Virus record (IMG/VR): IMGVR_UViG_3300032579_000889
Coordinates: 1-56,228 of that record
From: a virus
Lineage: Duplodnaviria > Caudoviricetes
Strand: one strand, 5' to 3'
DNA length: 56,228 nucleotides
Part shown: in pieces, positions 19,365 to 28,371 of the stretch
Position numbering within the stretch: the stretch's first letter is position 1
How the letters are laid out: every line of letters starts with the position of its first letter
Position numbers and translations under genes: made by a program
Notes under the pieces: model-generated
Seen by the model: only the letters and a program-made list of their open reading frames with translations
Database searches by the model: none
Told to the model about the DNA's origin: nothing

Positions 19365-20267
19365 ATGCCCTTAAATCCTCCCAGTTTTGTTGGTCAAGAT
19401 GTTTGGTACAGCCCAAGTGTATTTGTGAACCAAGTGCCGGTTGCACTTTGGCAACCGGCGGTTCCTCAACTCAGCCCAATAACAACCATACCAAATGTGC
19501 CAGATCCTCCGTATGTGATGACTTCAGAGCAGATGGCACTGATATCCCAAACTGCTGCGCCACAGACTGCTACCCTTCCGGATGGCACAGTGATAACCAC
19601 CAGTGTTGGACAGGCACCAGATCCAACTGCTGCTCCTGGACAACTTGTCGGACCGCAATCCCTTGCAACAACCGGGTGGGTTTCGGACCCTGCTGCGGCT
19701 GGACAAGGAGGATATACAACGCTGATAGGCAATCTTAAACGATGTGCATCTGAAGGCATGTTTCATGGAGGATGGCCTAGTGATCCAAATGCGCCAAATA
19801 TAAAAGCTATGTTAGCATCAACAGGTCAAAGCCCAACCGTTGTTAGAACTTCTGATAACCATACTGCATGGTGTGCAACGTTTCAGGCATATATGCTAAA
19901 ATTGGCAGGGCTTCCGTATAAATCCGGTGATAAAGTAAATCCTCTAGGCAGTGCATATATGAATTATCAACAGGCGATAGATCCAAATGATAAAAAATCA
20001 TGGAGACAAGGGGATGTTATGGTAATTCCGCAATATCCGGGAGCAGGTCAAAATAAATCACATGCTACATTTCTATGGGGCATAGCACCAGATGGAAGAC
20101 ATATTGTTCTAGGAGGTAATCAGGGAGACACAGTAAGCGCGACATACTGGTCAACAGAAGTAATATTTGCCATTAGACGTGGATGGTCTGTTCCTGCAGA
20201 ACTTGATAATTATAACATTTTAACTAATTTTGGTTCAAAAAGTAGTAATTTTAATATACCTAGATAA
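19365..20267 (+). CDS. virion-associated cysteine peptidase (TIGR02594/CHAP-like), probable peptidoglycan hydrolase
   Basis: AWCATF, GDV, SHATF and LGGNQGD motifs; Pro-rich N-terminus; TAAATA upstream. Confidence 0.65.
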   Translation: MPLNPPSFVGQDVWYSPSVFVNQVPVALWQPAVPQLSPITTIPNVPDPPYVMTSEQMALISQTAAPQTATLPDGTVITTSVGQAPDPTAAPGQLVGPQSLATTGWVSDPAAAGQGGYTTLIGNLKRCASEGMFHGGWPSDPNAPNIKAMLASTGQSPTVVRTSDNHTAWCATFQAYMLKLAGLPYKSGDKVNPLGSAYMNYQQAIDPNDKKSWRQGDVMVIPQYPGAGQNKSHATFLWGIAPDGRHIVLGGNQGDTVSATYWSTEVIFAIRRGWSVPAELDNYNILTNFGSKSSNFNIPR

Positions 20268-20275
20268 TATAAATC

Positions 20276-20324
20276 TTGATATATTTGCATCCTTATGCTA
20301 CAATAAGAATTGTAGCATAAGGAT
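20276..20324 (+). promoter_or_regulatory. sigma70 promoter embedded in a perfect 16-bp hairpin covering the SD
   Basis: TTGATA-N17-TACAAT (extended TG); ATCCTTATGCTACAAT / ATTGTAGCATAAGGAT. Confidence 0.75.
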
Positions 20325-20331
20325 AATTATA

Positions 20332-20661
20332 ATGTTAATTGAAAACTCACCTAATCTTGGTGATATTGTTAGTATAAAGCTAAGTAATGGCGACGAGATT
20401 ATTGCAAAATACACTGAACAGCAAGGGTCTATGACTGTTGTTACCAAGCCGATGTTAATGATTCTTAGTCAAGATCCGCGTACCGGCCAGCCAGGTGTCC
20501 AAATGGCTCCTTTTTGGATAATGAGTGCCAACTCGTCAGTTAAATTTCCGATAGCCCAGAACCATGTGGTATGCATGGTAAAAGCAAACGCCGATGCCAC
20601 AAAAAACTACATTTCTCAAACATCGGGTATAGCCATTCCGTCAAGCGGTCTTATTTTATGA
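20332..20661 (+). CDS. hypothetical protein (Sm-like beta-barrel, T4-like phage family)
   Basis: GDIVSIKLSNGDEIIA...YISQTSGI; start moved to ATG 20332. Confidence 0.65.
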   Translation: MLIENSPNLGDIVSIKLSNGDEIIAKYTEQQGSMTVVTKPMLMILSQDPRTGQPGVQMAPFWIMSANSSVKFPIAQNHVVCMVKANADATKNYISQTSGIAIPSSGLIL

Positions 20662-21566
20662 TGCATATGCCATTTCAATATGGTACCACACGCAATTTTT
20701 GCGGAGTTCCACCCTATAACGGCCAAGAATTTGTAATATTAGGTGCTCCTGTGGATTGTGCTACAACCTTTCGTAGTGGTACTAGAATGGGGCCAAATGC
20801 CATCAGAGATGCTAGTATGATGCTAACCGACGGGGTACATGAAAAGTATCCAGTTGATTTAAGCAGCTATGTAGGAGACGCAGGCGATATTGCTATACCC
20901 AGCGGCAATACAGACTCTGCGCTTAAAACCATAGAAGAACATTATTATAGTTTTCTACGTAACAATAAACATATGGTTACTTTAGGTGGTGATCATAGCA
21001 TAACAGATGCTATTTTACGCATGATTTGTGTTCAACACGGAAAGGTAGCCGTTGTTCATTTTGATGCACATTGTGATACGTGGTCTATGCATTTCAGTCA
21101 GTTACACGGTCACGGAACCTGGTTATACTATGCCATAGAAGATAATTTTATCAGTGTAGACAATACTATTAGTATTGGAATACGTAGTCCTGCAGATAAG
21201 GACTCGCGCGAACTTTTACAAAAACGCGGTGGTACTACAATATCTGCTAGACAAGCTATGAAATACGATACTGCTGCAATGGCATCTATTATCAAAACAA
21301 AAGTTGGTGATCTTCCAACATATCTCACTTTAGACATTGATTGTTTAGATCCTGCATATGCGCCTGGAACTGGTACCCCGGAAATTGGCGGATTATCTAG
21401 TCTATGGCTGAGCGAACTGCTCGACGAGTCTGAGATGCAGAGTATCAATTGGATTGGGATGGATTGTGTAGAAGTAAATCCAGCATATGATCATTCACAA
21501 ATCACATCACTTGCTGCTGCAACATTTGTTTGGCAATACCTTTGTCTTAATGCCGCAAAAAAATAA
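20658..21566 (+). CDS. speB: agmatinase (ureohydrolase)
   Basis: GGDHS, DAHCD, HGT, DIDCLDP and APGTGTP motifs. Confidence 0.9.
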   Translation: MMHMPFQYGTTRNFCGVPPYNGQEFVILGAPVDCATTFRSGTRMGPNAIRDASMMLTDGVHEKYPVDLSSYVGDAGDIAIPSGNTDSALKTIEEHYYSFLRNNKHMVTLGGDHSITDAILRMICVQHGKVAVVHFDAHCDTWSMHFSQLHGHGTWLYYAIEDNFISVDNTISIGIRSPADKDSRELLQKRGGTTISARQAMKYDTAAMASIIKTKVGDLPTYLTLDIDCLDPAYAPGTGTPEIGGLSSLWLSELLDESEMQSINWIGMDCVEVNPAYDHSQITSLAAATFVWQYLCLNAAKK

Positions 21567-21644
21567 CATAAAAATATTTTATCTATTTGAAAAACCTTTG
21601 CTTTGGATAACCTTAAATAGACTTGGTTCAAACAAGGATATTTT

Positions 21645-22697
21645 ATGGCAAAGGTTCTTTTTATTTTAAAACGCAGGGAAGATTTTAAAGCAACTGTGCA
21701 CAATTACGTTGGCTTAAGTACAGGACTTTTCAACAGTGCAAATTTTATGAACGAAATGCTGCAAACAGCAAATGTAGAAAGTAAATTGGTAGTTGTGCCA
21801 GATAATAATTCTATTGACAGAGAAGTTACCCTTTTTAGGCCTACACATGTAATAGTTGAAGCGTTATGGGTCGTTCCTACAAAATTCTTAATTTTATCCA
21901 AACTTCACCCTTCTGTAACATGGATAATACGCTTGCATAGTGAAATGCCGTTCATTGCAAGCGAAGGCATAGCTATAGATTGGATCGCCGATTACGTGCG
22001 TTTTCCAAATATCATTATAGGCGTCAATGCTCCGCGTATGTTAAAAGAAACAAGATTTTATTTGCAGCATATGTATAATTGGACTGATGCCGAGACAAAT
22101 AAGCGTGTTATCTATATGCCTAACTTCTATCCACAGGAATACGATAATAGAAAAAATTTAGTGGAATCAGATTATATTAACGTTTCTTGTTTCGGTGCCA
22201 TTCGTCCATTAAAAAATCACCTTGTGCAAGCTCTTTCGGCAATAAAATTTGCCAACTCTTTGGACAAAAAACTACGTTTTCATATTAATTCTGGACGTAT
22301 TGAAATGAAAGGCGAGCCAGTTTTGAATAACCTAAAAGGTCTTTTTCAACAAATGGCAGACAAAGGGCATGAGTTGATAAACCATCAGTGGCGACCACGC
22401 GATGAATTTCTTAAATTGTGTAGGGAAATGGATATAGGAATGCAAGTTAGTTTTTCAGAAACATTCAATATAGTGGGTGCAGATCACATAAGTCAAGGTG
22501 TCCCTGTTGTAAGTAGTACTGAAATTCCGTGGAGTGTTGAATGGTTTTCGGCCAATCCAACAAGCAGTGAAGACATTTATCGCAAACTTCATCGAACTTG
22601 GAAATTTTCAAAAATGAATGTTGCGCTTAATCAACTTATGTTGACATCATATACAGATGAAACACGCAAAACATGGGTAGAACATTTTAAAAACTAA
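21645..22697 (+). CDS. glycosyltransferase-like protein (GT-B fold)
   Basis: FGAIRPLKN, SFSETFNIV and GVPVV motifs. Confidence 0.7.
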   Translation: MAKVLFILKRREDFKATVHNYVGLSTGLFNSANFMNEMLQTANVESKLVVVPDNNSIDREVTLFRPTHVIVEALWVVPTKFLILSKLHPSVTWIIRLHSEMPFIASEGIAIDWIADYVRFPNIIIGVNAPRMLKETRFYLQHMYNWTDAETNKRVIYMPNFYPQEYDNRKNLVESDYINVSCFGAIRPLKNHLVQALSAIKFANSLDKKLRFHINSGRIEMKGEPVLNNLKGLFQQMADKGHELINHQWRPRDEFLKLCREMDIGMQVSFSETFNIVGADHISQGVPVVSSTEIPWSVEWFSANPTSSEDIYRKLHRTWKFSKMNVALNQLMLTSYTDETRKTWVEHFKN

Positions 22698-22725
22698 ATA
22701 AGTCATAACAAAAAGGAGCTAAATC

Positions 22726-22923
22726 ATGGCAGGCGAATTTCATAGGGTGAGAACTCATTCTTGGGTAAACGGTGTACTAAAATATCTAGATCATACATTT
22801 GAAACTTTTGAAGATGCTCTTTTCTTTGCAAATAACTACGAGTGCGATAATTTCAAAATATTTGACCATGATGACAGAGTTAAACACAGCAGCCATGGCA
22901 AGCACACACACGGTTATGCCTAA
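22726..22923 (+). CDS. hypothetical protein
   Basis: 65 aa with AAGGAG SD and TAAATA upstream. Confidence 0.65.
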   Translation: MAGEFHRVRTHSWVNGVLKYLDHTFETFEDALFFANNYECDNFKIFDHDDRVKHSSHGKHTHGYA

Positions 22924-23032
22924 AATAAAAACATACTTTAAACATAAATCTGTACAAGTTTCGCTAAGAATATAATACTTAATAGTGTTGCTAGAGAAGA
23001 CTACCCAATCACTAGCGTCTGGAGAAACAAAT

Positions 23033-23281
23033 ATGAAGAACTTTTTACGTAACTTGACTGCATTTGGCACAGCACTTGCTATAGGAGTGGCCCCTGTTGT
23101 AGCAATTGCACAGACTCAAACAGCACAGGCACCTGCTGAAGAGTCTAAGTCTGTTAAAAAGCCTACTGCACCTGCGGCTGAACCGGCTGTCAAGGATTCA
23201 AATGCCAAGAAAGCACCCGCACCTGCCCCTGCACCTGCACCGGCAGCTAACAAGCCAAACAAACCTAAAACCAACTCTTGA
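23033..23281 (+). CDS. small exported Ala/Pro/Lys-rich protein
   Basis: Signal peptide MKNFLRNL...VAIA|Q, PA repeats, GGAG SD. Confidence 0.7.
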   Translation: MKNFLRNLTAFGTALAIGVAPVVAIAQTQTAQAPAEESKSVKKPTAPAAEPAVKDSNAKKAPAPAPAPAPAANKPNKPKTNS

Positions 23282-23293
23282 TATTGGTAAAGC

Positions 23294-23324
23294 ATATAAA
23301 AGGCGCCTAGTGCGCCTTTTATAT
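23294..23324 (+). terminator. Rho-independent terminator
   Basis: ATATAAAAGGCGC-CTAGT-GCGCCTTTTATAT. Confidence 0.8.
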
Positions 23325-23335
23325 TGGCTAATGTA

Positions 23336-23366
23336 TTGACATACAGTGCAATAGGTTGTATAAATA
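23336..23366 (+). promoter_or_regulatory. overlapping sigma70 and late promoter for tmRNA
   Basis: TTGACA-N17-TATAAATA. Confidence 0.7.
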
Positions 23367-23371
23367 AAATT

Positions 23372-23620
23372 GACACTGTTGATAGCAATCAAATAAGTTC
23401 GTCAAGACCCGGGGGCAGCACCCGGCACTTCCACCATAGGGGGGTGACGCAGGATTCGATTGGCAGCATTAAGGGTTGAAGTAGGTGTTGGTGCGCAAGC
23501 TACCTTAACGCAAGACAAAAAATAAATGCTAACGATAACAACGTTGCATTTGAGGATGTCCGCCTAGCGGCCTAACCTCAACGGGTGCGGGTTCTACCTT
23601 GGAACAGAAGTGAGCCCACT
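23372..23620 (+). ncRNA. ssrA: circularly permuted (two-piece) tmRNA, alphaproteobacterial type
   Basis: T-arm CCGGG-GGCAGCA-CCCGG plus CACTTCC-A-CCA (ends 23436) precedes 5' strand GGGGGTG (23440) with G3-U70; tag ANDNNVAFEDVRLAA* at 23528-23575; outer boundaries approximate. Confidence 0.9.
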
Positions 23621-23646
23621 CACACACAAACACACAGGAGAATAAA

Positions 23647-23886
23647 ATGGAAGCGTATGAGATTAGACTAGAACTGCTCAAGATGGCCAAGGACATCCTT
23701 ATGGAGGATTGGCATAGTAAAAAACAGGCTATTGATAGTGTTTATTGTCAAAAACGTGATATCCAAATGATACAAGAATATAATCAACAGGTTGTCGAAT
23801 ATCCTGAAATCCCAGCGGTGCCGTCGAGCACTGCTATTACTGAACTTGCAAGCAAGCTAAACGAATTTGTAAGCAAACGAGCATAA
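23647..23886 (+). CDS. hypothetical protein (YEIRLELLKMAKD family)
   Basis: 79 aa, AGGAG SD after a CA-rich leader. Confidence 0.75.
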   Translation: MEAYEIRLELLKMAKDILMEDWHSKKQAIDSVYCQKRDIQMIQEYNQQVVEYPEIPAVPSSTAITELASKLNEFVSKRA

Positions 23887-23892
23887 ATAGCA

Positions 23893-23924
23893 TTATGCAC
23901 AGGACAATAAAATCCTGTGCATAA
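23893..23924. terminator. hairpin / possible terminator
   Basis: TTATGCACAGGA / TCCTGTGCATAA. Confidence 0.55.
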
Positions 23925-24090
23925 AACTACAACACCAATAAATAATACGATAACTATTTTAACTAAACACTAAATATATTTTTATAAAAACCTAGTATTT
24001 TATTTCTAACGGCCAGGATCAACACACTGGTGCTAGAATCTCTGGTTGTAAAGCATTGTTAAAAGCGTATAATTATATCAAAAAACTAAC

Positions 24091-24120
24091 AAACAGGGGG
24101 TCAGAACCCCCTGTTTACAT
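24091..24120 (+). terminator. Rho-independent terminator
   Basis: AAACAGGGGG-TCAGAA-CCCCCTGTTT. Confidence 0.7.
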
Positions 24121-24186
24121 TTATAATTGACTGCAAAATGTATTCAGTTATGCTTATTCTTATACAACGCTATCACGGAATTTACA

Positions 24187-26004
24187 ATGGTTAAAAAAAC
24201 AACAGACGAAATTGTTAAATTAAGCGATTACGCTCATCATCGTTTACGAACAGAAATGTATCTAGGCAGTCGTAATCTACATACACAAACTGTAATTAAC
24301 TGGAAAAATAATCAATTAATAGCCGAAGAAATTTCTTGGACACCTGCAGTTTACTGTGCCTTACGAGAAATTTTTGACAATAGTTTGGATGAAGTTATAG
24401 GACACGGGCACGGAAGCAAGATTGATGTTACATACGATCCAAAAACTCTTACCTTTAGTGTTGCTGACGATGGAAGAGGTATTCCCATCGATTGGGACGA
24501 AAATGAGCGCATGCATAAAGCGACCATTGCACTTACGCAGGCTCGTGCAGGGAGAAACTTCGGCGAACGACAGGAAGTTAGAGGTACCAATGGCATTGGC
24601 GCTTCTGTAGTAGTAAGTTGTTCAAAAGAATTTTCAATTGATATCAAGAGAGATGGTAAAAGATTTCAACAGACTTTTAAAGAAGGGACAGATCTATTAC
24701 CAGACTTAGATATCAGCGAACCTAGAATTTTTAAAAGTTCTATGAAATCTGGAACTGAAACTGCTTTTACGCTTAGTTCTACTGTCTTTCCAAAAGCTCA
24801 CTTGCCGATCGATTTTGTATATGCAAGAGTTTACGAGGTAGCAGCTAACCATCCCAATATCAAATTTACATTTAATGGACAAAAAATCACTGTTGCAAAA
24901 TCAGTTGATAAAACATTTTTTTCTCAGAAGAAGCCCATTATTGTTTCAATCAATCAAGAAAAATTTGTTAGCAATTATTATCTAATACCTAATTTTGCAG
25001 ACGAAGGAGAGTTTTTACACAGTACAGTAAACGACATTCCTGCATTTAATGGTGGTCAACATATTGATACTTTCAAGAGACTTTTTTTCAGCGGTATTTT
25101 AAAAGCTCTAGAACGAGAAAGCTCTAAACGAGGTTTAACTCCTAATCGAAGCGATATTGCCGAAGGACTGTTAATTTACAATACCACGGTAATGCATGCT
25201 CCTAATTTTGATAGCCAAAGCAAGACAAGGTTGATTAATGACGAAGTAGACAAATATATTAAGAATACACTTGAAAATGACATTACTTTCAAAGACATAA
25301 TAAAGCATAATAAAGAATGGATAGACACAGTATATGCTAGATGTGCAGCACGTACTCAAAAGAAGGATGACGCTGACGTTGCCAAGGCCAACAGAAAACT
25401 ACTTAGAAACAAAGTTCCTAAGTTATTAGATGCAACATCAAAAGAACGAACCAAATGCATCCTGTTAATTTGTGAAGGTGACTGTGTAGCAGAAGATACA
25501 GAAATCGCAATATTCGAAGATGGAAAATTTAGTAGAAAAAAAATTAAAGACATCCAACTAGGTGATTTAGTTTTAACGCATAAAGGCAGAATTAAACCAG
25601 TATGTAATAAACAGGCAAAAATAACAGATGGAATTACCATTACAACGTCATCTGGAAAAATATTAAAAATAAGTCTTGAGCATAAAATACCTGTTTATAA
25701 CATACAACTAAACCAATATGAAATTGTAAAAGGAAAAGATTTAGACAAGTCTAAACATAAACTGTTTTCCTCTATAATTAATATGGATTCTACATTTTTT
25801 GAGATCATTTCTGTTAATGATTTTGATGATAAAAAATTTAATAAATCAATTTCTTTTACAAATGGTGTAATTAATCAAACATGTATAACGTCCGAGAATC
25901 ATTTATTCTCTGTTTTAAATATATGCACTGCTACTATTGAAAAGGTCGCTGCTAAAAATCTAGACATTGATATCCATTTATTAATGGCACATAATTTACA
26001 GTAA
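24187..26004 (+). CDS. type II topoisomerase large (GyrB/gp39-like) subunit, N-part, fused to split intein N-half
   Basis: EIFDNSLDE, DDGRGIP, GTNGIGA, FDSQSK, KLLDA and ICEGD|CVAEDT; start moved to ATG 24187. Confidence 0.92.
   Translation: MVKKTTDEIVKLSDYAHHRLRTEMYLGSRNLHTQTVINWKNNQLIAEEISWTPAVYCALREIFDNSLDEVIGHGHGSKIDVTYDPKTLTFSVADDGRGIPIDWDENERMHKATIALTQARAGRNFGERQEVRGTNGIGASVVVSCSKEFSIDIKRDGKRFQQTFKEGTDLLPDLDISEPRIFKSSMKSGTETAFTLSSTVFPKAHLPIDFVYARVYEVAANHPNIKFTFNGQKITVAKSVDKTFFSQKKPIIVSINQEKFVSNYYLIPNFADEGEFLHSTVNDIPAFNGGQHIDTFKRLFFSGILKALERESSKRGLTPNRSDIAEGLLIYNTTVMHAPNFDSQSKTRLINDEVDKYIKNTLENDITFKDIIKHNKEWIDTVYARCAARTQKKDDADVAKANRKLLRNKVPKLLDATSKERTKCILLICEGDCVAEDTEIAIFEDGKFSRKKIKDIQLGDLVLTHKGRIKPVCNKQAKITDGITITTSSGKILKISLEHKIPVYNIQLNQYEIVKGKDLDKSKHKLFSSIINMDSTFFEIISVNDFDDKKFNKSISFTNGVINQTCITSENHLFSVLNICTATIEKVAAKNLDIDIHLLMAHNLQ
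25483..26001 (+). mobile_element. split intein N-fragment (173 aa) with duplicated block-B segment
   Basis: CVAEDT block A, IKDIQLGDLVLT, SLEH and a second SENH. Confidence 0.85.
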
Positions 26005-26054
26005 GTATCGCCCTCTATGATAAATAAATATATCTTACAGAAGGTGATATCGTG
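26005..26054 (+). promoter_or_regulatory. imperfect RBS-sequestering hairpin with TAAATA in loop
   Basis: GTATCGCCCTCT / AGAAGGTGATAT covering the AAGGTG SD; TAAATAAATA at 26021-26030. Confidence 0.65.
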
Positions 26055-27350
26055 CTAAAAGAATTTAAATGTGAAAAAACTGGTATTAAGTTTCGATCAA
26101 AAGATACAGACCATGACAGAAGTTTTCGTTTGAGAGCAACCTTAACCAAAAACAAAATATCAATATTCAAATACCTTGAATTATGGAATATCGAACACAA
26201 TAAATTGCGATGCGCATGGTGTGGCGATTATAACCACGATATATGTGGTATAGAACATACAGTCAATGATACCAATATTATTCCAACAGGTGTTCGTAGG
26301 CGACATACCGCATTATACCTGTGTTTTTCAAAACATCAGTGCTTGGGAAAAAAACTCAACAAAAACAGTGTAGAATTTATCAGCAAAGCATATGGATTAA
26401 GCGAATCGGAGGCTTTAAAGAAAATACACACAAGAAACAGCAGCCCATTTTATAAAATTAATCATCAGTCAATAGAGGATTATAAGCTATCTCAAAGTAG
26501 ATCACCTGACTGGTTTAAAAAAAATAAGAAAGATCGCCAGGAATGGATAAGGAAAGCCAATCATTCTAGAAGTTATCAAGGGTATGTAGAAAAAAACAGG
26601 GGAGATGAATGGAAAGACATACAAAAACGTAAAGCGATTACATTATCTGCCCTTATAGACAAATACGGTGTAGAAATTGGTACAGCAAAATATAATCAAT
26701 GGAAAGAGAATACTAATTTAAGTCTGGCAACATTTATCAAAAAATTTGGTAAGATACAGGGAACAACAAATTATCTTAAGGTGCATATCAACCATGTAGA
26801 AAATACAGATTCAAATGATTTGATTTCTGGTTTTATAAAAAAAGTTACCAACATTGTCCAGCGTAATCCGCTATATCAATATCATATGTATAATTTAGAA
26901 AAAGAATTGAGATTTTATAAATTTTATGATGTTGCAAAAGAGTTTTTTGAGTTATCGCTTTACGATATCGAAGAATATATTGCAAAAATATTACCTAATT
27001 ATAGGACAAATAAAAGGAAAATATTTCGCAATAATTATAGTTGTTATTCTTACACAGACTGCGGAACTATTTTGAAGAGTTTCTATGAAATTTGGATATA
27101 CGATTACTTGTGTAAAATTGGCTTAAAGGAGACAGAAGATTTTGTCTTCAACCAGAGATATCCCAATAGTGAATTATTTTATGATATATGGTTTATTCAT
27201 CAAAATATATATGTTGAAATTGCCGGCGGTGATTCTCATACTTATAAAGAACATATGCTAAAAAAAGAACACTTATTTGGATCCATTATAATGGATCCAA
27301 ATGATTATAAGACTACAATATCTAATATATTAAGTAAGGCACAACAATGA
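26052..27350 (+). CDS. homing endonuclease, C-terminal Vsr-like PD-(D/E)XK domain
   Basis: KSFYE...FYDIWF..NIYVEIAG; KYG/KFG helical repeats; lies between split intein halves. Confidence 0.7.
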   Translation: MLKEFKCEKTGIKFRSKDTDHDRSFRLRATLTKNKISIFKYLELWNIEHNKLRCAWCGDYNHDICGIEHTVNDTNIIPTGVRRRHTALYLCFSKHQCLGKKLNKNSVEFISKAYGLSESEALKKIHTRNSSPFYKINHQSIEDYKLSQSRSPDWFKKNKKDRQEWIRKANHSRSYQGYVEKNRGDEWKDIQKRKAITLSALIDKYGVEIGTAKYNQWKENTNLSLATFIKKFGKIQGTTNYLKVHINHVENTDSNDLISGFIKKVTNIVQRNPLYQYHMYNLEKELRFYKFYDVAKEFFELSLYDIEEYIAKILPNYRTNKRKIFRNNYSCYSYTDCGTILKSFYEIWIYDYLCKIGLKETEDFVFNQRYPNSELFYDIWFIHQNIYVEIAGGDSHTYKEHMLKKEHLFGSIIMDPNDYKTTISNILSKAQQ

Positions 27351-28069
27351 ATATAAATGAAAGTTTGTTTTTAATGGAAGAGATAATAGATATCTCTCCT
27401 ATAGGAAAAACAAACATGTATGATATACAAGTTTTGGATGACGAAACATTTGTGTTATCAAACGGACTGCTCAGTCATAATAGCGCAAAAAGCATGGTAG
27501 CAGCTGTACGCAATCCTGAAATACACGGAGCGTTGCCTCTCAGAGGTAAGATTATGAATGTTAGAGGCGAAGCAGCCAAAACTATTATTGAAAACCAAAC
27601 TATAGCAGATATTATGACAGCATTAGGCATTGGACTAGGACAAAAAGCTGTAAGATCTAATATGAGATACGGAAAAGTTTACTTGGCAGCAGATCAAGAT
27701 CCTGACGGTGCTAATATTACTGCTTTATTGGTCAATTTTTTCTATCTACATTGGCCTGAGTTGTTTGATCCAAAACTGGCGCCAGTATTTTATGTGTTTC
27801 AAACTCCTTTTATTATACAGGAAAAAGGCAAAAAACGTTTTTACTGGTATGCCGATGACTATAAAAATTATAATGCAGAAGATTGGAAAGGAGCTCCAAA
27901 GCCAACTAGAGCAAAAGGGTTAGGCAGTTTAGAAGAGGCAGATTGGACTCATAGTCTTTCTAATCCAAAACTTGTACCACTTTTAGATGATGGTAAATTA
28001 TCTGAAGCACTGGATCTTATTTTTAATAGTTCCCGAGCAGACGATCGCAAAGCGTGGGTAGCCTTATAA
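27347..28069 (+). CDS. split intein C-half (45 aa) + topoisomerase II TOPRIM part
   Basis: MYDIQV..FVLSNGLLSHN|SAKS at 27481/27482, PLRGKIMN, DQDPDG, KGLGS. Confidence 0.92.
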   Translation: MNINESLFLMEEIIDISPIGKTNMYDIQVLDDETFVLSNGLLSHNSAKSMVAAVRNPEIHGALPLRGKIMNVRGEAAKTIIENQTIADIMTALGIGLGQKAVRSNMRYGKVYLAADQDPDGANITALLVNFFYLHWPELFDPKLAPVFYVFQTPFIIQEKGKKRFYWYADDYKNYNAEDWKGAPKPTRAKGLGSLEEADWTHSLSNPKLVPLLDDGKLSEALDLIFNSSRADDRKAWVAL

Positions 28070-28070
28070 G

Positions 28071-28298
28071 ATGCAAAAGCGAATAGTAATTGGTGCTCGA
28101 ACTTTCAATTTAGATTATGAAAACCGATTTAACTTATTGAAGTGCTATTGGATTGGTGCCAATATAGAATTGGTCAATTGGTGTAAAAATAATCTTAGCG
28201 ATTGGGACGAACACAGAATCATAGCAGATATAACCCATATTGGACCCACATGCTTCGAAGTTGAATTCTCATTTTTAACATATGATGAATTTTCATAG
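28071..28298 (+). CDS. small hypothetical protein (may extend to 28340 through TAG)
   Basis: 75 aa; frame stays open for 13 codons past the TAG. Confidence 0.55.
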   Translation: MQKRIVIGARTFNLDYENRFNLLKCYWIGANIELVNWCKNNLSDWDEHRIIADITHIGPTCFEVEFSFLTYDEFS

Positions 28299-28371
28299 GT
28301 CCTGTGGCAACTTGGTCCTTGGTTTGTATATGATAATTGACTTCTTTTTTTGGCATAATGTAAGTTAGCTC

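Noticed and set aside
23405-23446. Stand-alone tRNA gene
   Set aside because: There is no anticodon arm; the strand order and downstream tag identify a permuted tmRNA.
25984-26004. AHN at the end of the first topoisomerase ORF as a cis-intein terminus
   Set aside because: It is followed by Leu-Gln-stop, not Cys/Ser/Thr and extein. The real HN|S is at 27481.
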